DNA from: a virus
Length of the DNA stretch: 64,000 nucleotides
UHGV virus genome: UHGV-0306641
Direction: 5' to 3' (one strand)
Positions 1 to 9,189 of this stretch are shown here, piece by piece (the first letter of the stretch is position 1; each line of letters opens with the position of its first letter). Made by a program: the position numbers and the translations under genes. Under the pieces are notes generated by a model. It was not told the DNA's origin and did no database searches. It worked only from the letters and a program-made list of their open reading frames with translations.

Positions 1-9
1 CCAGCTCTT

Positions 10-297
10 GTGCCACAACAATCTTCAAGCTTATCCATTCCCAAGTCTATGCCAACCGTTCAGGACCTGGCGAGCAGTGGAATCCGTCCTTCATTAAGCA
101 CTGACACTGCAAATCACGATGTAGATATCCTGAAAGAGTTAAGAGGCATGGGGTCTACGTTGGAGCAACTTTTAGGCGTTTCAAAACAGAAAGATGGCGC
201 ACCAGAAAAGGTTGTTCATACCGCGCAACCAGCACCGCGTAGAGCTGCATCATTCTCAATCAGAGATGCGGCGCTCGATGGTCTATTGAAGGATTAA
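10..297 (+). CDS. Hypothetical protein; may continue upstream of the window. Sits at the start of the baseplate/tail cluster.
   Basis: ORF with GTG start at 10; frame is open back to position 1. No recognisable motif. Confidence 0.3.
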   Translation: MPQQSSSLSIPKSMPTVQDLASSGIRPSLSTDTANHDVDILKELRGMGSTLEQLLGVSKQKDGAPEKVVHTAQPAPRRAASFSIRDAALDGLLKD

Positions 298-301
298 GTT
301 C

Positions 302-682
302 GTGATATATGAAATTGACGGGTTACTGAGAGTTGATGCTGGTGGTGTGATCGTGATGGAGGGGGCTGATAAGGCAGATCAGGCCCGTCTGGATGAGTGG
401 CTTAGAACACCTATCGGCAGTATTTACGGATTGCCATCATGGGGTAATCCGTTAGTGAATTTCAAACATGAACCGCTGGGATCGGAAAAAAGCGTTTTTG
501 TGGAGGTTGCCATAGAAAACGCATTGATTAAGAAGCTGCGGATTGATTTGCCCTCACTCAGAGTTTTTCAGGTGCGGTGCGCGGCTCTTTCAGTAGATAT
601 GTTGGAAATCATCTTTGCGATGCCGAGCGGCACATTCTCTACAACTTTCCGCATGAAAAACACCGATGGGAGAACATCTTGA
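302..682 (+). CDS. Baseplate wedge protein, gpW/gp25-like
   Basis: 126 aa, roughly the size of gpW. Lies directly upstream of the J-like gene with a TTGA stop/start overlap. Hydrophobic/Gly-Pro pattern (PIGSIYGLPSWGNPL) resembles the GPW_gp25 family. Confidence 0.4.
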   Translation: MIYEIDGLLRVDAGGVIVMEGADKADQARLDEWLRTPIGSIYGLPSWGNPLVNFKHEPLGSEKSVFVEVAIENALIKKLRIDLPSLRVFQVRCAALSVDMLEIIFAMPSGTFSTTFRMKNTDGRTS

Positions 683-2118
683 GCATTCAGGAGTTATTGG
701 AAAAATTTAATGGGTTGCTGCAAGACAAACCATGGTGGGCGCGTTTTGCGAATAGCCAGTTTATTCAGATGATGAGCATCTTTGGTGCCCAGGTTATCTA
801 TATGGCGCAAACCCATGCAAGGAGGGCGCTGGGGGAGGGGTTTATTTCTACGGCAACAAAGCGCTCAAGCATTCTCGCTGCAGCGGAAGATAGGGGGTAC
901 GTCGGGCCACTTATCACGCCATCATCTGGCGCAATAAGTATCAAGAATAAAACTAAGCAAGAACTACAGTTGCCGATTTATTCGGAATTTCTGTCATCAA
1001 TGGAATTACCCTATGTTCTTTCCGACGCTGTTACGATCCCTGCAGGTGAAGCCGTCGAAATCAGTAGTGTCAAACAAATGGAGCTGGTCCACATCCAGGC
1101 GAATATTGAGAAAGAAAGTGCGTTTTACACACTGCTTTTGCCGAAAGATATAACCTCTGAAACGGCCTCTATCGACGTGTTTGTCGTGGTGAACGGTGAG
1201 CGTAGGAAGTGGAAATACAATCCGATGTTCAGGCTGTCACGCGCCACCAGTGAGCATTACGTACTGGTGTATAGACCATCTGAACAGTTGGGCGTTCGAT
1301 TTGGTAATGGTTCGACTGGCGCAATGCCCCCTGCTGGGAGCCGGGTCGAGATCGAAGCCTGGTGTAGTCAGGGTGAAACAACGCTGGCCCAGGGCCAAAA
1401 GTTGACGCCTGCAGGTAATATCGCGTCAATGGTAGAAATGCTGGAAGTGGTTACAACCTCTCCGATCACCGGCGGTAGTGGCTTTGAATCAACGGAGGAT
1501 ACGCGCTATCGCGCGCAGTATTACGTACCGTTTGATGAACAAGTCGTTTGGGGTGGCGATTATAGTTATTTTATCCGGCGACACGTTCCCGGCTTGAGCT
1601 GGCTGGCGGTGTGGGGTGAGCAGCAACAAGAAGCAGCCACAGGCAAAAAAGACCTTCTCAACATCAATACGATTTTCTTCAGTGGGCATAAGCCCGGAGT
1701 AAGTCAGGAGCACCTGTCAGAGCTAATCTATAGCGCTCTAAAAGGCGTACCGAATTATCTGAATAAAAATTTCCGCTGGGTGCCTGTTAACCCGAAGCCC
1801 TTTACTATTTCGCTGACCGGTAGCGCAAATAAGAACGTGGTAATTAACGACGCGATCAAGGAGATACGGGACACGCTTGAAGCCCGCTTCGGCTATGACT
1901 CCACAAGCTTTGGGGATGAGTTAGAAGGTAACGACGTGCAATTTGTGCAGGTTAAAGTGAAAGACATGTGGGCGTGCGTCAATGACATGAAGTTGCTTAG
2001 TACGTTCGAAATAGTTGTTAACGGAATGCTGCCTTCTGAAAACCTGAATGACTTTATCTACCTCAACACGAAAGACTCTGTATTTGATATCCGCCTTCCT
2101 GGGGGGGTTATCCGATGA
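679..2118 (+). CDS. Baseplate J-like protein (gpJ/gp47 family)
   Basis: ~480 aa. Likely TTG start at 679 overlapping the upstream stop (the track ORF starts at 577). Position between the gpW-like and gpI-like genes. ATGA overlap with the next gene. Confidence 0.45.
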   Translation: MSIQELLEKFNGLLQDKPWWARFANSQFIQMMSIFGAQVIYMAQTHARRALGEGFISTATKRSSILAAAEDRGYVGPLITPSSGAISIKNKTKQELQLPIYSEFLSSMELPYVLSDAVTIPAGEAVEISSVKQMELVHIQANIEKESAFYTLLLPKDITSETASIDVFVVVNGERRKWKYNPMFRLSRATSEHYVLVYRPSEQLGVRFGNGSTGAMPPAGSRVEIEAWCSQGETTLAQGQKLTPAGNIASMVEMLEVVTTSPITGGSGFESTEDTRYRAQYYVPFDEQVVWGGDYSYFIRRHVPGLSWLAVWGEQQQEAATGKKDLLNINTIFFSGHKPGVSQEHLSELIYSALKGVPNYLNKNFRWVPVNPKPFTISLTGSANKNVVINDAIKEIRDTLEARFGYDSTSFGDELEGNDVQFVQVKVKDMWACVNDMKLLSTFEIVVNGMLPSENLNDFIYLNTKDSVFDIRLPGGVIR

Positions 2119-2960
2119 TCAAAGACTGGTTGAAAAAACAGTTAATACCAGAAAAGCAGGAAACAGGGCTATGGCCCGATTTTGCTGATGCTGTTCAGGT
2201 TGTTTACGAGGAACAGGTAAAGCCGCTACTGTCCCGATTAAGCGATCGTAAATCATTTTTCACTATGCACCCTGAAGATATGGATACCCGTATCAGTGAA
2301 TACGGGCGATTTTTCGTCATGGGTGAAACCGATAAGGCGAGCAGGCCTATTTTGCTGGCTCAGCGTCTGGATGAGGTCCATTTCAAAGGGACGGATCGTC
2401 CCATTGTTTCGACGTTCTGGCGTGAGTTCGGCAACCTGCCGGTGAACTGGGAACCTCTGTATGCACCACTTGATCAGGATCGCTTCCCATACGGTACGTT
2501 TTTTACAACCGAAAACGGTGTCAAAATCGCACAGGAGAGCTACGGGGAATTCTTTCTTACCTCTCGTGGCACAATCAACGTCGATCTAAACAAACTGTAT
2601 GAAATATACGGATATGAGGAACAGGACAAACTGATCAAACGCCTGATAAAAGACGTTGACCGAATTGTTGCCCCTTTACTTCCATTGGAAACTGTTTTTG
2701 ACGGTATTTCACTCAGGCTTGATTTCTGGTTGGAAGAGGCTGAAGAGGTAATGAAGTATGCCTCTGCAACGGTCGGGAGTAGCCGCGCATTTCTGTTTCA
2801 GCCGTTTCGCGAGTCTATAGAGCTGCAGCATGTGGAGGTAAGCTATGATGCTGGTGAAATTACGCCGCAAACGTGCTCGCAAGATCCTATTTATCTCAGA
2901 CTGGACACTATGCCGGTTGACGCTTGGCCCCTCGACTTGCACATCCTCAATCGTGGGTAG
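2115..2960 (+). CDS. Tail/baseplate protein (gpI-like by position)
   Basis: 281 aa, translationally coupled to the J-like gene (ATGA overlap) and upstream of the tail fibre. Confidence 0.3.
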   Translation: MIKDWLKKQLIPEKQETGLWPDFADAVQVVYEEQVKPLLSRLSDRKSFFTMHPEDMDTRISEYGRFFVMGETDKASRPILLAQRLDEVHFKGTDRPIVSTFWREFGNLPVNWEPLYAPLDQDRFPYGTFFTTENGVKIAQESYGEFFLTSRGTINVDLNKLYEIYGYEEQDKLIKRLIKDVDRIVAPLLPLETVFDGISLRLDFWLEEAEEVMKYASATVGSSRAFLFQPFRESIELQHVEVSYDAGEITPQTCSQDPIYLRLDTMPVDAWPLDLHILNRG

Positions 2961-3032
2961 GGGAGTTATGCGCCTGGTACAAAGTACAGACTGATTATTA
3001 TCCCGTCATAGTTCTAGTGACGGGGTTTTCAT

Positions 3033-3491
3033 ATGTCAGATGGCATCAATTTATCTTCGCCAATCGGCGGGAAGTACAAGGCAAAACTGCTTGATTATTA
3101 CTACACCCGTCGTGCGGAATCAGCGATCGGGATAGGTAGCCGCTTTAAGCTTACGAAAGCTTACTGGGGGCGCTCTGATCTGGTAACAAAAAATCCTGAC
3201 AGTGGCTGGGACATTGCCGAAATTCCAGCTGATTTCACCAACGATCAGCTAATCGGAAAATTTGCTGAGAGCGAACTGATTTGCACTTTGCAGGGAACAA
3301 CCATAACGGTAAGTATTGTCCTGCCTGAAGCGGCCCTGCCGGAAAATGATGTATTCGATTTTAATACTCTTGCGCTGATCGACGATCAGGGCAAAGTCTT
3401 TGCTGTGCTTTGCGCCCAGCAGGACAGTTTGTATAAGGGCAAAAGATACAACATCTTGCTCACGATTGAGCAGAAAGGAAACTCAAGATGA
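3033..3491 (+). CDS. Hypothetical tail-fibre-associated protein
   Basis: 152 aa; ATGA overlap with the tail fibre gene start at 3488. Confidence 0.3.
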   Translation: MSDGINLSSPIGGKYKAKLLDYYYTRRAESAIGIGSRFKLTKAYWGRSDLVTKNPDSGWDIAEIPADFTNDQLIGKFAESELICTLQGTTITVSIVLPEAALPENDVFDFNTLALIDDQGKVFAVLCAQQDSLYKGKRYNILLTIEQKGNSR

Positions 3492-5695
3492 GCGAGACTG
3501 TTAACAAGGTTGCCGTCCTGAGTTCAGCAGTTAAGCATGCTCTCGTGGCAGATGTTCAATATCTTGAGTACCACGCTTCCTCTGCTTTTAACCGCAAGAT
3601 GAAGGGGATTATTACTCCGGGTTTCTACGGTGGGTTTGAGCCTGCTCTTGCTGGTGGTTTAAACCTTAAAATTACATCATCGCAGGGGCCTGGCGGTCAT
3701 GGTGTGGCCTCGGTAGATGTAAATAACCATCAGATAACCGTTCAACAAATTGAAGACGTGACGCTGGCGATCCCGGTAAATGGTATTACACGCGTAATAC
3801 TGGAAGCTAACTACCAGTACGGAGTCAAAACCAGTCAAGTTGACGATAGTTCTGATATCGATGCAGCGCGGATTTTTACTGCAAATATTAGTGTGCCGCT
3901 GGCAGGTAATCATCTGGAAATATGCCGTGTAACGGTACCGGCTGATGCGACAGAATTGACGCTGGATATGATCGATTATTCACACCGGCAAAACAAGGCT
4001 CTTGGCATTACGTTAAGCAGTGAGATAGACAGCGACGCAGAACATATTGGCGCATCATCTCACGCGGTAAAAAAAGCAGTAAAAGCAGCTCGTGATGAAA
4101 CAGAAAAACAGATTGAAGAACTGGTAGATAATGCGCCAGCGAGTCTCGATACGTTGAAGAAAATTGCGGATGCCATTAACAACGATCCTGATTTCTTCAA
4201 CACTCTAAACGCGGTTTTGGCGCTGAAGGCTCCACTGAATGATCCTGCATTTACAGGAATTGTCACAGTACCTACGCCACCATTAAGCGTAATCAACCAG
4301 CAGGTTGCTAATACCGAATTTGTTCACGCAGCCGTTGCAGCGTTAGTTGGTTCATCTCCTGAAGCTCTGGACACCCTGGCTGAGTTAGCGCAGGCATTAG
4401 GCAATGATCCCAACTTTGCCACCACGATGCTCAATGCATTAGCTGGTAAGCAGCCTTTACATGATGTATTAACATCTCTTTCAGGCCTCAATTCTGCAGC
4501 TAACAAACTCGCATATTTTAATGGCCGTAATAGCATGTCCTTGGCAAATTTAACTGCCGTCGGACGTGTCTTGATTGGTCAAGAGTCTGTAGTGAAGGTT
4601 ATCGAATATCTTGGTTTACTCGAAACGATAAGTCTCGCTGCCGGATCACTGCAAAAAGAGCAGAACGGTGCTGATGTACCGCAGAAGGATTCGTTTGTAC
4701 GCAATATTGGGGCTGCGCGGGCTTTCAGTAGCTCTGTAAGCATTGGCGGCGGAGGTGACTGGACGACAGCAGAGTTTATCGTCTGGCTTGAATCTCAGGG
4801 GGCATTTAATCATCCGAACTGGATGTGTAAAGGTTCATGGTCATACGGTGATAACAGGGTTATTACTGATACAGGGTGCGGGAATATCCAGTTAGCCGGG
4901 GCGGTTGTTGAGGTAATGGGCGAGCGTGGTGCGATGACTATTCGTGTCACAACACCAACAACCGCAACAAGTGGAATTCCCAGTGCTCAGTTTACCTACA
5001 TCAATCATGGTGATGGATATTTACCGGGGTGGCGCAGGGATTACAATACCGTGAATCCACCCTCTGAAGCCTATCCTGTCGGCGCGCCTATTCCATGGCC
5101 TTCAGATACGCCACCAGCTAACCACGCTATTATGCAGGGACAAGCGTTCAATAAAGCTGCCTATCCATTACTTGCTGTGGCGTATCCATCCGGCGTTATC
5201 CCTGACATGCGAAGCCAGACGATAAAAGGCAAGCCCGATGGTCGTGCGGTCTTGTCTCAGGAGCTTGATGGTATTAAGTCACACGACCACGGCGCAACGG
5301 TCGCAGCTACCGACCTCGGAAACCTGAATACAACCGGATTCGATTACGGTAATAAATCTGTTACGGCTTTTGACTATGGCACGAAATCAACAAGCAGCGG
5401 AGGCGAACACGCCCACTCGTTAGATGTTTATTATCTCAACACTTCCCAGCAGGCAGCGAAAGTCGGTGCCGGTGGTCAGTGGGCTGGCGGGGTGGGAACT
5501 CAGGGAACTTATGCAGGTGGGGCGCATGCTCATTCTGTTGGTATTGGTGCGCACGATCACGTTGTTGGTATCGGAGCACATGCCCACTCTGTCTACATTG
5601 GTGCGCACAGTCACGGCGTGACCGTTTCGCCGTCTGGTCATGCAGAAAACACCGTAAAAAATACCGCATTTAATTATTTAGTGAGGCTTGCATGA
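3488..5695 (+). CDS. Tail fibre protein with C-terminal His-x-His repeat tip
   Basis: 735 aa, Gly/Ser/Thr-rich. C-terminus carries repeated GAHxHSVxIGAH motifs (5500-5650), as in the metal-binding HxH tip of T4 gp37-type fibres. Followed by a Tfa-type chaperone gene. Confidence 0.6.
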   Translation: MSETVNKVAVLSSAVKHALVADVQYLEYHASSAFNRKMKGIITPGFYGGFEPALAGGLNLKITSSQGPGGHGVASVDVNNHQITVQQIEDVTLAIPVNGITRVILEANYQYGVKTSQVDDSSDIDAARIFTANISVPLAGNHLEICRVTVPADATELTLDMIDYSHRQNKALGITLSSEIDSDAEHIGASSHAVKKAVKAARDETEKQIEELVDNAPASLDTLKKIADAINNDPDFFNTLNAVLALKAPLNDPAFTGIVTVPTPPLSVINQQVANTEFVHAAVAALVGSSPEALDTLAELAQALGNDPNFATTMLNALAGKQPLHDVLTSLSGLNSAANKLAYFNGRNSMSLANLTAVGRVLIGQESVVKVIEYLGLLETISLAAGSLQKEQNGADVPQKDSFVRNIGAARAFSSSVSIGGGGDWTTAEFIVWLESQGAFNHPNWMCKGSWSYGDNRVITDTGCGNIQLAGAVVEVMGERGAMTIRVTTPTTATSGIPSAQFTYINHGDGYLPGWRRDYNTVNPPSEAYPVGAPIPWPSDTPPANHAIMQGQAFNKAAYPLLAVAYPSGVIPDMRSQTIKGKPDGRAVLSQELDGIKSHDHGATVAATDLGNLNTTGFDYGNKSVTAFDYGTKSTSSGGEHAHSLDVYYLNTSQQAAKVGAGGQWAGGVGTQGTYAGGAHAHSVGIGAHDHVVGIGAHAHSVYIGAHSHGVTVSPSGHAENTVKNTAFNYLVRLA

Positions 5696-6303
5696 TTAAA
5701 TTAATTCTTTCAGCACCTGTTCCTGAAATCGCGAAAGCATTTGAGCGAAATTTTTCCGATGATGAAAATGTAGAAATTATCAGAAAGCCGTTTCAAGCAA
5801 TTCCAGATTTTGATTGTATGGTCAGTGCCGCTAACTCTTTTGGTCTAATGGATGGAGGTGTTGATGCTGCTATTACAGCTTTTTTTGGCACGCAACTAAT
5901 GACCAGAGTTCAGCAGAAAATTGTTGATGAATATTTGGGTGAGCAACCCGTTGGTTCTGCTTTTGTTATAGGTAGTGGAGATTATAAACATCCTTGGCTA
6001 GTACATGCCCCAACGATGCGTGTGCCTTTAATTATCGACGGTACTGACGCTGTTTATCTTGCTACGCGGGCAGCATTGCTTGCTGTATATCACCACAACA
6101 AGACACATCCAGAACACAGTAAAATTTGGCGTGTTGTTTTTCCTGCTATGGGGGCTGGATGTGGGCAGGTATCACCCGAAAGTGTAGCTGCACAAATGAA
6201 ATTGGCGTGGCGGAGCGTTATAACCCCGCCGTCCTACATTAATTGGCAGCATGCTATTGGAAGACAGCGTGCAGTTCATTCATCCTGTAGTGGAGCTTTA
6301 TAA
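5692..6303 (+). CDS. Macro domain protein (ADP-ribose binding/hydrolase fold)
   Basis: 'DCMVSAANSFGLMDGGVDAAITAFFG' matches the macrodomain signature 'DAIVNAAN..L.GGGGVDGAI..AAG'. A later 'GSAFVIGSG..HPWLVHAPT' matches 'G.A.iT.aG.L.akyVIHaVGP'. ATGA and TAATG overlaps with both neighbours. Lower GC than flanking genes. Confidence 0.7.
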   Translation: MIKLILSAPVPEIAKAFERNFSDDENVEIIRKPFQAIPDFDCMVSAANSFGLMDGGVDAAITAFFGTQLMTRVQQKIVDEYLGEQPVGSAFVIGSGDYKHPWLVHAPTMRVPLIIDGTDAVYLATRAALLAVYHHNKTHPEHSKIWRVVFPAMGAGCGQVSPESVAAQMKLAWRSVITPPSYINWQHAIGRQRAVHSSCSGAL

Positions 6304-6881
6304 TGACTTTTAAAATGACCAATACTAACCGCACTATTACTATTTACAACTTGTCGTCTTCTACTAACGAATTTATCGGTCAAGGCGATGGATATATCCC
6401 GGCAAATACTGGATTACCTGCTTACAGTACTGATATTGCACCGCCAGCAGAGAAGGATGGATTTGTCGCTGTGTTTGATTTTGAATCGGGCAAATGGTCA
6501 CTTGTAGAAGACCATCGTGGGAAAGTTGTCTACGACATCAACACGGGAGAGTCCATCACAATTAACCAGTTAGGCGCACTACCGGATGACGTTGTTTCCA
6601 TTGCTCCCGAAAGCCATTTTGCGAAATGGGACGGGGAAAAATGGGTGCATGATACTGACGCAGAAAAAACAGCGCAGATTACGCAGGCGACACAGCAAAA
6701 AGAAAGCCTTTTTGCTCTGGCTACATCAAAAATTGGACCATTGCTAGATGCTGTTGATGAGAAAATGGCGACGCCAGAAGAAACCGTGTTACTGTCAGAG
6801 TGGAAAAAATACCGCGTTTTACTTAATCGCATCAATCCAAATGATGCGCCAGATATTAACTGGCCTGAATTGCCGAATTAA
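6303..6881 (+). CDS. Tail fibre assembly chaperone (Tfa / P1 U-like)
   Basis: 192 aa. N-terminal 'TIYNLSS...FIGQGDGYIPANTGLP' and 'WDGEKWVHDTDAE' are typical of Tfa-family proteins. Immediately downstream of the fibre gene. Confidence 0.55.
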   Translation: MTFKMTNTNRTITIYNLSSSTNEFIGQGDGYIPANTGLPAYSTDIAPPAEKDGFVAVFDFESGKWSLVEDHRGKVVYDINTGESITINQLGALPDDVVSIAPESHFAKWDGEKWVHDTDAEKTAQITQATQQKESLFALATSKIGPLLDAVDEKMATPEETVLLSEWKKYRVLLNRINPNDAPDINWPELPN

Positions 6882-6930
6882 TTAAGTATACATACTTAAC
6901 TACTTCACTTGCTCTTTAGTTCTTTTGTTA

Positions 6931-6974
6931 ATAGACTCTCTAACTTTTAATTAGAGTTTGAGAGTCTATTTAAT
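6931..6974. terminator. Bidirectional hairpin between convergent tfa and the GT8 gene
   Basis: AATAGACTCTC...GAGAGTCTATT perfect 11-bp inverted arms around an AT-rich loop, in an AT-rich convergent intergenic region. Confidence 0.4.
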
Positions 6975-7002
6975 GAAGATTGTGATATTGATATAATTAA
7001 AA

Positions 7003-7950
7003 TTATTTTCTTTTAAGTTTGCTTTTAAGATATTTTAAATACCATTTTAAAAAAGAAAAATACTTCCCTTTTTTAGCAAACTGGCGAGCATAAACTCTGT
7101 AATCAGTAGGCCTCATACGCGATGAGTATGAACGAAGAGGTGTGCTACGCCATGGAGTAAGGTTGTGATAGAGGAAATAAATGTGTTGGGCTAAACCAGT
7201 ATGTTCTTTATACCATGGTTTTCTGCTTCCGGTGAAATGAATGATTTTAGGGATAGAATTAGGAGAGTAGAAAAACTTTTCTTTTTCTTCATCCGTATAC
7301 CAAGTAAATAAAAAATTCCAGCGATTATCTATGAACTTGACGCGACCATTTATTGCTATATTTAAGGCGTCTTGATCTGGAAAACGCAATGAATTTCCTT
7401 TTTCAAGTAACACTATGTTAGCTTTGTTCTCGATATCATGCTTTATCCAGTTTTCGACATTGATATAGAGAAAGCCAGAATTAAAATAGTTACCGCTATT
7501 TAAACCGAGGCGATGTGCATTTTTGTTATCATCTGTTTTTATTGAGTCATGACAGACTGCGCAAACTACATCACTAATGTCTATATCATTAATGCTAGTA
7601 ATTTCATCAAAGCACAAGGTGTCTGCATCCAGATAGATAAACCTCTCTACTTTTCCATTAAGTAATCTGGGGGCAAGAAGCCTCATGTAAATAGAGCGGT
7701 TTAGATGCTTGATAGTGAAATCGTCATCATACTTGTCTATTTCTTCATTTTCTATTTTTATAACATTAATAAATTTACTGGTTAGTTTTAACTTTGCAAT
7801 GTCTTCATCGCTTACATCATAAACAAAAACGTAAAATGATAATGACTGGTGAGGATTATTCGTTAGGACAGAAATTATTGATGTGGAGACATATTCCAAA
7901 TAGTTAGCATCTGTACAATAGGCTATGTTTATGACGGAGTTATTTTCCAT
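7003..7950 (-). CDS. Family 8 glycosyltransferase (LPS 1,2/1,3-glycosyltransferase RfaJ/WaaI-like); probable lysogenic-conversion moron
   Basis: 315 aa. 'IAYCTDANYLEY' N-terminus and the 'YLDADTLCFDEI' DxD motif are typical of GT8 (Glyco_transf_8). About 30% GC versus about 50% elsewhere. Opposite strand, flanked by AT-rich spacers. Confidence 0.7.
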   Translation of the reverse strand: MENNSVINIAYCTDANYLEYVSTSIISVLTNNPHQSLSFYVFVYDVSDEDIAKLKLTSKFINVIKIENEEIDKYDDDFTIKHLNRSIYMRLLAPRLLNGKVERFIYLDADTLCFDEITSINDIDISDVVCAVCHDSIKTDDNKNAHRLGLNSGNYFNSGFLYINVENWIKHDIENKANIVLLEKGNSLRFPDQDALNIAINGRVKFIDNRWNFLFTWYTDEEKEKFFYSPNSIPKIIHFTGSRKPWYKEHTGLAQHIYFLYHNLTPWRSTPLRSYSSRMRPTDYRVYARQFAKKGKYFSFLKWYLKYLKSKLKRK

Positions 7951-8425
7951 ATTGTTTATTTTTCCTAAGAAATTATTTTTCGATAATTGATAGTCTTCCC
8001 TGGGGTACGCCTACACCAGAATCGAGAGATTTCCGTCCCGTGATGCTTACATATCTTTTTGAACTTCACTAATAAAAGCTCCAGTCGTTTCGGATACTCC
8101 GCATTATTATAACCATGTTTTGTATGGGTGATCTACGTTCATGCTGACTATTACGGGCTGTTGACATAGTGGCGCGCAAAAAACAGCCAGGATCTGCAAA
8201 AGTTGAAAAAGAGGAGCCGTGATGTAACGCCTCAATGCTTGCTTGTAACTCAACTTCAACTTTTTATCGTAAAAAATTAGCCATTCAACAAGTGACCTAT
8301 CGAAAGTAAGCTTGGGAGAAGGCTTACTCGGTACAAAATCCCACATCTACACTCAACGCTTTTCAACTGCAATACACATACTCACTACTCTGCACCTTTC
8401 AAATCAGCAGTTTTACGGAGGGTTT

Positions 8426-8740
8426 GTGGCAGAAGTAGAAGCGAATCTCATACAGGCGCTTTTCCTGTCGCTACTCAGCGGCATTGGCGTTTTCCTGCAT
8501 GGGGTGCGCGAGGAAAGGATAAAAGCGTCATCCCTTAACTTGCTCACCGAATTGGTGTTAGCGGTACTAGCAGGATTGACCGCTTATTACATCGCCAGAC
8601 ATAAGGCCTGGGACGATAGCTTGCTATATCTCGCCGTGCTCGTTGTTAGCAACAACGGTCGCGAGGTGTCTACAGCTCTCAAAAACCGACTTATCGACAC
8701 AATCCAATATTTATTTGGGCCAAAAGGGGGCCGGGGCTAA
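8426..8740 (+). CDS. Holin-like membrane protein (P1 LydA-like by size and position)
   Basis: Likely GTG start at 8426 after a GGAGGG RBS, giving ~104 aa with two hydrophobic helices. First gene of the darA-operon-like block. Confidence 0.35.
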   Translation: MAEVEANLIQALFLSLLSGIGVFLHGVREERIKASSLNLLTELVLAVLAGLTAYYIARHKAWDDSLLYLAVLVVSNNGREVSTALKNRLIDTIQYLFGPKGGRG

Positions 8741-9189
8741 TGAACGATATTCAACAATATTTCCTTGTGGGAATGGCTGCGATAGCGGTGCTCGATCGCT
8801 TTTTGTGTAAAAGAAAGCAGGTCGTGTTGCTGGGGGCCGGTGAAGGCGTCGTTAAGGACAATGCGATAGCTTTCCCGGTTAAGTTTAAGGTCAATTGCGA
8901 GAAGCTAACCGGCGCGCATATCGAATATTGGTTGCGCGACTCCAGTAACCCCACGGCGGTAATTACAGGCAAGACCAGAACACTGGATTTAACGCCCAAG
9001 GGCTTAAACCAGGAGTATTTACTTATTGATACTCGCTATCTGGATACGGGGACCTGGGAACTAACGATCCGTGTAACACACGGCAATAGTCGAATGAATC
9101 CGCTGTATCGCATTTTCCCGCTTCAGGAATCGACTTCCCGTAATTACCTCATCAAAAAGGAGAAAGGGGGATACAGTGTCATCAACTAA
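8740..9189 (+). CDS. Antiholin-like protein (P1 LydB-like by size and position)
   Basis: 149 aa (P1 LydB is ~147 aa). TAATG coupling to the upstream gene. Confidence 0.3.
   Translation: MNDIQQYFLVGMAAIAVLDRFLCKRKQVVLLGAGEGVVKDNAIAFPVKFKVNCEKLTGAHIEYWLRDSSNPTAVITGKTRTLDLTPKGLNQEYLLIDTRYLDTGTWELTIRVTHGNSRMNPLYRIFPLQESTSRNYLIKKEKGGYSVIN

Noticed and set aside
5420-5673. Four overlapping small ORFs on both strands over the tail-fibre His-repeat region.
   Set aside because: Artefacts of the repetitive GGNGCNCAYGCNCAY coding repeat; the fibre frame is continuous.
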